Below are positions 25,801-37,800 of a stretch of DNA of 64,000 nucleotides, piece after piece. Below the pieces are notes generated by a model. That model saw only the letters and a program-made list of their open reading frames with translations. It did not search any database and had not been told where the DNA came from. The position numbers were made by a program, and so were the translations under genes. Every line of letters starts with the position of its first letter. Positions within the stretch are counted from its first letter, which is position 1. Origin of the DNA: Chiloscyllium plagiosum (Eukaryota); contig NC_057756.1 in NCBI RefSeq assembly GCF_004010195.1, positions 4,433,936 through 4,497,935 on the forward strand, in the 5' to 3' direction.

Positions 25801-28800
25801 TGTCAATCCGTTCGAACATTTCTGCCTGTTTCACGTTATCCTCACAAACGAGAAGGTCCCTCTCACTTGTCAATGCTGAAGCAAAGTATTCATTAAGGAC
25901 CTCCCTTAATTCCTCCGACTCCCAGCACAGGTACACTGTACTATCCGTTATCTTCCACACCCTCAGACTGCACTTCCTCTTGTTCCTCACATATGTGTAG
26001 AAGAGCTTGGGAGCTTACAAAACCTTAGCCGCCAAAACTTTTCTCATGCACACTTCGAGCTCTCCTAGATCCATTCTTCAATTCATTTTTTGTCTACCTT
26101 GTAAGCCCATAGAGCCCTGCCTGATCTTTGCTTCCTTCAACTTAAGTAAGCTTCCTTCTTCATCTTGACGAGATGATCCAAATCTCTTGTCATCCAAGAT
26201 TCCTTCACTCTTACTTACCTCAGTGGGTCAAACCTATCGAGCAGTCGCAGCAAGTGCTCACTACACAGCCTCCACATTTCTGTCGTTCTGTTACCTGAAA
26301 ATATGTGCTCCCTAATTATGCCCCACTGTTCCCAGCTAAAAGCATTGCAATCCCCCCACCCCAATTAAATACTTACCTCTTTACTTTACTCCTTTTTCAA
26401 ATCTGTGAGAATCACCACAGCTAAAACTATTTGTTCTCTGAAAAACTGTAAAATACATTCAACAAGATTCGTGGGCATTGCATTTCATTTATTTGCATGA
26501 TCATGCAATCTTATGAAATAACAAGAGAGAAAAGGACCAAAGAGAGGCCCCTCAAGACTGCTCATCCTTTTTGTTGAGTCCTGGTTGACTGACACTCCTG
26601 CAGTCCACTTTCCTGCACTTTCCTCGTGACTCTAGAATCCTGTACAGATCAGATAATCTATCTATTTAATAAACGAATACAGAAAAGGGTTCTCCCCCCA
26701 CAGTTCTCTGTGGTACATGGTTTCAAAGACTCACAATCCTCCGAGAGAACAAGCCCTTCCACATCATTTTCATTGAGAGTAACAAGTTAGCCAAAAAGAT
26801 CTAAAGATAGGACTAAGAAGAGTCAAGGAGGAGGCATGAGAAGTTGTTGACGGATATGATCAAAGAAAACCCGAAGGCCTTCTTTTTTTTTATTTTAACC
26901 CCCACACTACCACCTAAGTGCGGTAGTGCTTATTTTTTCCCCCAGCACCCATGGTGTGTGTGTGCACAGAGGTGAGGCACAGTGAAAGACACAAAGTGCA
27001 CGAATCTTTATTCAAATTCCACCACCAGGAAGATAGGAAAACACCCGGGTGGCCAGTGACAAACACTGCCCTTCACATCAAAGGACAGTGCTGTGTGATC
27101 AAAACAGTGAAGAGGTGGGTAGGGACTAAATCAAAATAGAGTTGGAGGGAGAAATGATGCACTCCCGAAGGCCTTCTATCGGTATATCAGGAATTAAAGA
27201 AAATGACTGGATTAATATTAGGGGTAATCAGAGAGAGTAGTGGAAAGTTGTGTGTGGAATCTGAGACCAAAAGAGAAGCGCTCAATGAATACTTTTCGTC
27301 AGTATTCACATTGGGACAGAGTAACGTTAGTGAGAATATGGAGATACAGGCTACATGATTAGATGGGATTGAAGTTGAGAAAGAGGAGGTTTAAGCAATT
27401 TTGGAAGATCTGAATATAGGTAAGACCCGTGGGCCGGATGGGAGTTATCATCGGATTCTCTGGGAAGCCAATGAGGAGATTACAGAGCCTTTGGCTTCGA
27501 TCTTTATTCAATCACTGTCGACAGAAGTAGTGCCAGAAAACTGAAGGATAGCAAACGTTGTTCTCTTGTTTAAGAAGGAGAGTCGCGACATCAATGGTAT
27601 TTATAAGCCAGTGAGCCTTATTTTGGTTGTGGGTAAGGTTTTGGAAAAGAATTATAAGAGATAGGATTTATAATCATCTGGAAAAGAATAATTTGATAAA
27701 GGATAGTCAATACGATTTTGTGAAGAGTAGGTCGTGCCACACTAAGCTTATGGAGCTCTTCAAGAAGATGACAAAACAAGTGGATAAAGGTAAAACGGTT
27801 GATGTGGTGTATACGGACTTTAGTAAGATGTTTGATAAGGTTCCGCATAGTAGAATATTGCACAAAATGCGGAGTTTCAGGATTGAAGGCAATTTAACGG
27901 TTTGGATCAGAAATTGGCTAGCTAAAGAAGACAGAGGATGGTGGTTGATGGGTAATGTTCATTGTCGAGCTCAGTTACGAGTGCTGTGACACAAGGATCT
28001 GTTTTAGGGCCATTGCTGTTTGTCATTTTTATAAATGATCTGGAGGTGGGCGCAGAAGGATATATTAACAACTTTGGAGATGACACAAAGGTAGGCAGAA
28101 TTATGGATTACGCTGAAAGATGTTGTTTGCAGCAGAAGAACATACATAAAATGTAGATTCGGGCTGAGAAGTGGCAAATAGAGTTTAATGCAGAAAAGTG
28201 TGAGACAGTTCACTTCCGAAGAAGTAACAGGAATGCAGAGTACTGAGTTAATGGTTCAATTCTTGACAGTGTAGATGAAAACAGAGATCTGTGTGTCCAG
28301 GTGTATAAATCCCTGAAAGTTGCCACTCAGTTTCATAGGGTTCTTACGATAGCATATGGTATGTTGGCGATTATTGATAGGGGGATTGAGTTTCAGAGCC
28401 ATGAGGTCACGCTTCAGATGTACAATACACCGGTAAGGCCGCAGCCTGAGTCTTGCGTGCAGTTCTGCTCACCACATTATAGGAAGGATGTAGACGCTTT
28501 GGAAATGGTTCAGAGGAGAATCACTTGGATGTTGCCTGGTATGGAAGGAAGGTCTGACGAGGAAAAGCTGAGGAAAATGACGCTGTTTTCATTTGAGAGA
28601 AGAAAACTGAAAGATGGCTTCATTGAGACGTATAAGATAACCAGGTTAGATAGGTTGGACAGTGAGAGCCTTCTTCTGTGGATGATGAATGCTAACACGA
28701 GGGGACATAGCTTTAAATTCAGGAGCGATAGATTTAGGACAGTTGTCATGGTAGTTTATTTACTCAGAGTAGTAGGGGCATAGTAGTAGGAACGTCCTGC

Positions 28801-31800
28801 CTGCAACAGTAATATACTCACCGATGTCAATGGCATTTAAATGGGCAATAGACATACATATGGATCATAATGGAATGATGTAGGTTAATTGGACATCAAA
28901 TTAATTTCACGGGCAGGCGCAAAATTGAGGACAAAGAACCTGTACTGCGTTGCAACCTTCTATGTTCTATGTTCTATAATCTTAAATCTGCGCCACGTAT
29001 TTGTGAACCCATCCAAGATTTCAATATGACATCAATACACTTTGAGCAATTTCCTCTGTTAATCCCGCTAAGCATCTGATATTGTCCAATCAATTAAACT
29101 GTCAGTTTTCTAAATTCCAATGTTTAGAGTCAAAAAGTGTTTAGTGCTTGCACACAACACAATCCTTTCTTACTGGTGATTAGCCTAGAAAATCTTCTGG
29201 TCACTGCCAACAATTATATTATGTCTGTAAACTGCTCACAGTACTCCAGATATTATGTTTGTGTGGTTATGCACTTTGGTAGCATCCATAAAGGCCGAGT
29301 CAATTTGTAAAATGAAGAAAGGTATCTAAAATCTGAAGAACAAAGCGACCGAGGAGTCTCATTTCACAATTGTCTTCAACTGCATACGAAGAATAAGTTG
29401 ATATTTAGGTAGAGAAAACAAATTTAGCTTAGATTTCAAGAGGACTAAAGTAGCTGGATCTGTATTCGATGGAGTTTAGATCTCAAAGAATGCTGAGCGA
29501 TTTTGAGGGAGTTGATGTAGAAAGGTGTTTCCATTACTAGGAGAGACAATGACATGAAGGCACAGACTCAGAGAGAAAAGACAAAACATTAGAACTGAGA
29601 TGAGAAGGAATTTCTTCAGCCCGTAGCAGGAAGCTCTGTTCAACATATTGCTGCAGAAGGTTATGGGGATAAAATAATTTTATTTTATTTAAAGCACAGG
29701 CATTTAGGTTCTTATTTGATAATGTCCTCGGGGCTGCAAAGAGAAGGCGAGAACGTTTATTTGAGAAACCCATCAGACACAATCGAATGGTGAAGCAGAC
29801 ACAATAGGACAAATGGCATAATTCTGGTTATATATAATTTGGTCTTCAATGTTTTGGTCAGTAAGATTTCCCGAATATTATATTCCAACAACATTGTCAA
29901 GAGGAACAACATTCATTAATCTTCATGATTACTATGTGACAGATTTCTGTGATTCTTCAACAAGTACGCCCATGTTCATTTGTAGTGCAGATTTCAACAA
30001 CATTTTATCTTCATTTCACTAAAAATCTATTCTTGTGTTCGCCTTCCAAAATAAACGACCTCACAGTTTTTCACCTGATACTCCAATTGTGATATTCCCA
30101 CTGACTTGGTAAACCAGTATCTCTCTGTAAACTTTGCGATTCTCAATCTTCCATTCCATTTTTTTCTGTTAATGGAGATCTGGCAATTATCTAGACTTGA
30201 ATACCTCTGGACGTCCTCCCCGTGCCTCCTGATGTGTGGTACATCATTGCAGTAGTGAATCTCGAGTCCCACTGATTGTGAGGGTTTCTGGGCTGTTTTG
30301 TGGACTGTTCGGACCTGCCAAGTTCATATTTCAATTTTATTGATTGGAATTGCTTGTGAAACTGTCCAATACCAAATGGTTTTACCATATATAGCTAGCA
30401 ATTGTTGAATGTCTTCTGTATGTTCTTGTATGTTCCTACTCGCTTCTATGTTCTTTTCCATAATTTAGCGAATCGATTGGTCTTCGCTGAAATGCCTTTC
30501 TGTTCATTTCTTGTAACTGCAGCGCGAACTTGGATGTGGTAACCTACGTAGCAAAGATAACGAGTTCCTACATTGTCAACTCTCTAGCTTGCAGTCAACT
30601 CGTTGTAGTTTTCTGTCAAATTTCAATTGCCAAATATTCAGCATTATCCCACTTGGTGAAATGATGATTTCTTATGGAATTCAACTGTACTGATTAATTT
30701 TGGTAAGAAATGCATCTGTAACGATTTTCATGCCATAATTGAGATGTTTCATTACAGTAATGCTGGNNNNNNNNNNNNNNNNNNNNNNNNNNNNNNNNNN
30801 NNNNNNNNNNNNNNNNNNNNNNNNNNNNNNNNNNNNNNNNNNNNNNNNNNNNNNNNNNNNNNNNNNNNNNNNNNNNNNNNNNNNNNNNNNNNNNNNNNNN
30901 NNNNNNNNNNNNNNNNNNNNNNNNNNNNNNNNNNNNNNNNNNNNNNNNNNNNNNNNNNNNNNNNNNNNNNNNNNNNNNNNNNNNNNNNNNNNNNNNNNNN
31001 NNNNNNNNNNNNNNNNNNNNNNNNNNNNNNNNNNNNNNNNNNNNNNNNNNNNNNNNNNNNNNNNNNNNNNNNNNNNNNNNNNNNNNNNNNNNNNNNNNNN
31101 NNNNNNNNNNNNNNNNNNNNNNNNNNNNNNNNNNNNNNNNNNNNNNNNNNNNNNNNNNNNNNNNNNNNNNNNNNNNNNNNNNNNNNNNNNNNNNNNNNNN
31201 NNNNNNNNNNNNNNNNNNNNNNNNNNNNNNNNNNNNNNNNNNNNNNNNNNNNNNNNNNNNNNNNNNAAGAGGGAAATCTCAATTCCTGGAGAACACGACA
31301 AGGAAACTTACCGTCATGAAGTAACAGCTACATGGAAATTAAGGAAAAGTTCTAAATATTATTTTTAAGGAGACAACTTTACTAAAGTTAATTTGACATG
31401 AATGGCTGATCTTCACATTGGTAAAAATAATTGAGGTCCACCTTATACCGAAAATCAAATCTCAAAAGGTCTGTGGAAAGATTTTACAAACTCAGAATCT
31501 TCTTCTTCTCTGGAGCACAATTCTGAAATGTACATGAGTGTCGAATCAGATGAGAAATATTTCTGTCAGCTATTTCGTACATCGTGTACATCTGAGGAAC
31601 AATTGCCTCTTTTTGTTTCCTTTCATTTTGACAGATTTCAGCCAACGATTTTTCACGTACAGGCAGATGATTTTACATTTTCTGTGATATTTCCCATACA
31701 TCAGAACTGGAGAAACTAAGGAAGAAGAGTCAAGATTGTGGTGAGCAATGGAAAACAAATCCATGTCATTTGTGGTTTGAAATTATGAATAGCATTGCAC

Positions 31801-34800
31801 ATATTTGAGTTGATTAAGCACAAACCATTTTTGACAAACTTCAAGTGTATGGTGCAAAGTAATGTTGGAATCAATTCAAAACTGTAATTATTCGCATGTG
31901 AAAATTTGTGCTCTCAAAAACAACATCTTATCTGGTGTCAAATGTGATTCTTCGTGTTAACCATTGAGACCAAGACGAATTTATTCACCGTAAATTCTGA
32001 AGGTGTCAATGTGAAATTATTTTAGCACTGACATTGATGCATCTGATATTGTACGTATAATTTCACGAAAAACATATGTTCTCAGGAAGAAATGTCAAAG
32101 AACACATTTTCCTCTGAATTAGTAGTCCAGAACAATATCCAACATAAAATGTCAGCTTCTTGGCATATAACATTTTTTTCTATAATTATTGTTTTCTTTG
32201 TTATTCATTTAGCTTATCGTGGAAAATAGCTTTTCTCCTTCTCTGTCCGCCCCCACTTCATTCCTCACCACTCCCCACATCACTGCAAATTCCCATCAGG
32301 AAAGCGCAATTATAGTCAATCATACAGTAATAGAATCAGAGAGATGTACAGCATGGAAACAGACCCGTCTGTCCAACCCATCCATGCCGACCAGGTATCC
32401 CAACCAAGTCTAGTCATTTCGAAATAGGTTTTGGAAGTTAACTGACAAATAAGATATTAAGTAGCATGATACAAATAATGTTGGAAAAATAAAACATCGT
32501 CAAATTGATTAATTGGTCAACAGATCAGACTATATGTAAGCAAATGAAATGAAAATGTCTCAATGCAATAGATCTGCTTTCGTCACGCTTTGCACCTTTC
32601 CTCAAAATATACCATGAGAATATTTTTTGGTTCCATTGATTATCTGGGATTAGCATTTAAACTCCAGTCTGTTGATTTACATCTTAACATCGTATTTACA
32701 ATATTGTTTCAATCTCTCATGGCTATATCTTATCTTGCACAAATATCCGTTCATCCACCACCCCTATGCTTCTCGATTGATATTTGCTGCAGATTACACA
32801 TGATTAATCCGACATACTGCTAATCCACGTTTCAGGAAATTGAAACAGAAATCAAATGAAGTAATAAAGGGAATGATAATCATCATCATCATCATCATTA
32901 CCATTACAACATTGGCCATACTTAATCCTCTGCAGAAGCATTGACACTATTTGTAGTAGAATTGTGTGTTCAAGCGTGCAGATCCTGAATGCCGTAATTC
33001 CTTTAAACAAATCTGGCTCCCTGTCGATATTTTAATAGATGAAGTTGTTTTGCATGTCGGTAGGTTTTTGATTCATCATTTAGATTCGTATATATAGTGT
33101 TTTGAATTATATTTAATAATCGCTCCGGTGTTTTCCAAAAAGAATATTGATAATATTATCTAAAATAAATATTACATTCCTCCTAGAACTAAAATTAAGT
33201 TCGGAAAGAAAAGGTAAATAGATACAAGAAGTAAATCTGACTTTTTTAACCTTGTGTTTTCCTCATCAGAATTGGCTTCTGGATCACATGTCAATGAAAA
33301 CATTGATATCTGTTTCGAAATCAAATTTTTGCTGTCTGACTATGTTTGACTATACATAGGTTGCATTCATTATTAATTTTCATTAAGTGCGAAATGTGAA
33401 GAACAGTTGACATTTTTGAGCATGTTGTGTGACAATATGTTCTTCAGGATAACAAGTGGAAGAGATACTGATTCCAGTTGACCCTTTAAAGATGGAATGG
33501 TCTGCTTCCTTTGCAAAATTGGCAAGTTATCCTCTCGTTCCACTAGAATGCACGAATTCCTCATCATAAAACATTGAAGGAATAACTAAAACTTGTGAAT
33601 ACGCAAAATTGATATTTCACTGGTGGTAGCTGCAGGAATGGAGAGCTATGTGAGACACAATTTCTCATGGTGTTTTTCCCACAGATTTGAACAACGTCAC
33701 AGGGAGGTGTTTGAGGCTGTTGACGCCAGCATTTCAGACAGATAGGTCAAATCCTTTGGATAATGGAGAGCAGATTTAAAACGAAGATGAACTCAAACGA
33801 CTTCTTTCAAAGAATGATGAATCCTTGGACGCCATTACTCTACAGCTTCTGGGGTAGAGGCATATTGAGTACAATTAGAAGGAGATAGACAAATGTTTAA
33901 TTATTAACAAGCTGAGGAGTAAAGAGGACGGGCAGGAAATTGGTTTTGAAACGATGCAATCTGCCATTAAAATATGTAATGGTGGAACAGGGTTAAGGGG
34001 CAGAATTGTCTACTTTTGCTTCGAGTTATTCTGTTCTCGTATTCCCAAATGTACAGCAGTAAGTAGTAAAGTGTTTCATGAAAAACTGCAATCATTTGTG
34101 TGGACGACACTCACAGTTAAGCTTTTGACCCATCGATTGAAAAAGAGAGACACGTCATTGCAGGTTGAGATGTTGTGGAGCGTTCACGAGAAATTTCTGT
34201 TGCCTTGGCTCCCACGCAGCTGCTGCCCTTGATATTTTCTGCAATATGAACTGCACTTTTGGCTTTCTGACAGCATATTGCTGCTACTTTCATCTGGGCA
34301 AGTCGAGGGTAAATCATAATATTTCTGATTTCTGCCGTGCAGATCGGGCAGGCATTGTGTAATCCAAACGCAAGACATGCCGTAGTCACCAGAAATTATG
34401 AACCAATTGCATTTCAATTATTGACCACTGATATTTTGCTAACGTATAAATGGTTTGGGTGGGACTGCTCTCAACAGTGGAAGTACCAATTAACGACAAA
34501 GAATGATACTATATTGAAACATGTTGAAGAGAGTCGTTGCCTGATATTTGCAGAACAATATTATGTTAACTTCAGTGCGAATCAAATATGTTGTCCAAAT
34601 TCAGACAAATAAAAATTGTACAACCTCAGCTGGTATTGCATCATCTTTGGGAAGAAATAGAGATAGACTGAACAATAGTCATAGCAGATTTAAGACTTTC
34701 ATTCGTCTTGACTCCATTCGGTCAACAGGGTCTGAAATTATTCTTTACCTCCTGCATACTTGAATGCAAAGGAAGTGACCACCATCAGCCTTTTGGAGTT

Positions 34801-37800
34801 TACCTGTCTTGTTCAAGTTACAACCAGATTATTAACAGAGTTAAGAACTGAGTGTATCCACACGGGAATTATTTTTTTCTCTCACTTTTCTTTTGTTCTG
34901 CATTGTTCATTGTGGGAGAAATGGGAAAATACTTCAATAAAAAGGATTGCAGAAAAGTCCAAAACTAGGCCAACACGTATTTTGAAGTTTGTTCAAACAA
35001 TATAAATATTTATTTGCAGACTGGTACCAGGGAGACTGGATGAAATGTTAGTCGTCAGCCAAAAAGTAGCAGGATAATCAGTGCAGTGATGACCTGTTTT
35101 CAATTTCATAGCCTTTGCCTGCTAACAAATATATGATTGGCACATAGAGAACTGAGCAGCCTGTGGGTGTTAAAAGACATGACAGAAGCATTCAGACGAC
35201 GAAGCAAACAAGGGGTTTCTATTTCCTTCTGCAATATAAGTACAACTGAAGCCGAAATAGTGACCGCTTCTGGTACCGTCAACAGTTTCTGTAAAGTGTT
35301 CTTTACTTAAAAACAAATATGTCAGAGTCGTTATGAATTAAAAATTAGTTGTTCATCCAGTAAGTGACTGGCCATTAGAAAGAGAAAACATATCAGTAGA
35401 CAAAAATTCCAAACAAACCAAAGGGATCATTTCTGTCAGTCCTACCGATAATGACTGTTGTACCACGTTTACTGATGTGTCACCAATGTGCTGTTTACTT
35501 TCTTTCTCTTTATGTGCATGTGTCTGGGCAACTTTATAATTCCATTTGAACTTACCTTTTAAAAATATTATGTGGCAATAATTCACAATAATTCTTTTCA
35601 CGTAATTGCTTCGATCTTTCATTCAACCTGTATGTGAGAGTCATGGAGATTGATGAACGAACTTTGAATACTTTGGGGAATCTATTCCTTTGTTACAACT
35701 CCTGGTACAGAATAAGCTAGTTTGCACCAAACTACTCCATTGAGGCGAGAAGACTTCTATTTTTCTCCATAACTGATATGAAACTGAGGCAATCAGTATT
35801 TGTGTGTGTGATGATAGTAAATAATACAGTAGAAGCAAAAAAAATCACCTTCATTTCTGCATTTAAACCACGACACTGAAGGTGTCATTCTTGTAGCTGC
35901 CATTTGCTGTCTCTGTCCGTTCCAAGTAAACATCCAGAACTCACTTGATTGTTGTGATGGCAAAGTTGGAGGGGTCGTTGCCTGACAGATTGAGAAAGTA
36001 CAGATAAAAGACCTGCTGAAACTGCATTTTGTTTCAAAGGCAATGCAAGTGACGTAGTTATTAAAATGTAAAAACAGCTGCGACATGAGGCGAAAATGAC
36101 GACACTGGAGGTGCAATTCTAACAGAACAAATCATGGCACATGATGTTGTCGCCTTTACAGAGGCTTGGTTGAGAGAAAGACAGGGCCCGCTCCTCAATG
36201 TTCTGGGGTTTCGTTCTTATAGGTGAGCGAGAGAGAGCAAAATAAAAAAGGTGGAGGAGTTAAATTACTAACCAGGGGGAGAACGTTACATCTGCAGTCA
36301 AAGAGGACACACTGGACGGCTCATCAACTGAGGCAATTTGATATAGCTCAAAAATTAGATGGATGCGATCACTCTAAGGATTATATTGCTGGCCACCCAA
36401 CAGCCAGTGAGACACTGAGGAACAACAATTCAGGCAGATTATGGAAAGTTGCATTCAAAACAGAGTGGGTGACTTTTACTTTCCCAATATTGATTTGGAA
36501 TCACTTACAGTAAGAAGCTTAGTCCGTGCCGATTGTTTTTAGGTGCTTCCAAAAGGGTTTCTTGAAACATTATGTGGACAGTCACACTAAAGGTGGTTCC
36601 ATACAGTAACTTGTATTGGCGAACGAGCCTGGCCAGATTACTGTTCTTTCAGTGGGAGAGTGTATTGGAAACATTGATAACAACTCGTTACGTTTGAAGA
36701 TCGATATGGACAAGGATAAGTCGGGACCTTGCGCAAAGCACTGAATTGTAGGAAGATAAATTACGTCAATATTAGGCAAGACCACTGGAGTGTTAATTGG
36801 GAGGAGCTGTTATCAGGCAAGTCCACATTTGACATGTGGGAATTTTTGTAAGACCTTCTCACAAGATTTCAAAATGGCATGGTCCAGTCAGGAGGGAGGA
36901 CAAGGATGGGAAGGTAAGGGAACCTTGCATAACGAACGATTTTGTGAATTAAGTCAAAAGCAAATCAGAGCAATATCTAAGTTGCAGAAGCTAAAACCGG
37001 ACTGGAGAGATATATGTATAGCAGAAAAATACTCAAGAATTGGGTTATGAGAGGTAGAAGGGGCCCTGAAGTGATTGTGGTAACTAGGCTTAAAGATAAT
37101 CCCAAGGCAATCTATGGATACATTGAAAACAAAATGATAACTAAGGAAAACGTGGGACCTCTCCAGGACAAAGGAGGGAGCTTGTACTTGGAGAAACAGG
37201 ATATGAGTGAGATCCAAAATGAGTCATTTGCATCGGTATTCATCGAGTCGGAGGATAAGCAGTATAGTGAGGTTGTGTGGAGCATGTTAAGATGCTGGGA
37301 AGTTCTGAGATCAAGAAAGAAATAGTTTTGGATCTCTTGAAGAACATTAAGGTGAATACGTCCTTAGGGCTTGATGGTATCTACCGCAAGTTAGATACAG
37401 AGACAAAAGAGGAGATTGCTAGGGCATTGAACAAGATCTGTGTCGCGTTGTAAATCACTGGATAAGTCACAGAGGACTGCCGAGTAGCTATTGTTCCTCC
37501 TCTATTCAAGAAAGTAAATAGGAATAATCCAAGGAACTGAATGAGTCTCATATTGGTGTTTGGGAAGCAATTGGAGAGAATTCTTAGGGTTAGGATTTGG
37601 ACACATTTGCAAAAGCATGCCTTACAGATCAAATCTTATAAATTAATTGACGTTTTCGACCAGGTAACAAAGGTGATTACTGAAGGTAGAGCCATGGATG
37701 TTGTTACATGGATTTTAGTAAGGCTATCGACAATGTCCTTCATAGTTGGCTCATCCAGAAGCCTAAGATGCAAGGGATCCACAGTGACTTGGCTGGGTTC

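Larger units (their letters stand above)
23036..26375 (-). mobile_element. Older CR1 LINE (RT region), interrupted by a younger CR1
   Basis: 3' tail at 23036-23240; the element resumes at ~24486 (HEFKVIGERFRRDVR); 'VLNEYFASALT' at ~25880. Confidence 0.85.

Noticed and set aside
19335..26985. CACAGTG heptamers (V(D)J RSS candidates) at ~19335, ~21665 and ~26978
   Set aside because: No ACAAAAACC nonamer at 12/23 spacing, all lie inside transposons, and no V or J segments were seen.
30681..31368. ORFs spanning the N gap
   Set aside because: Artefacts of undetermined bases.
34117..34389. 'ACPICTAEIRN' resembling a RING C-terminal half
   Set aside because: The other RING ligands are missing and there is no exon structure; probably chance.
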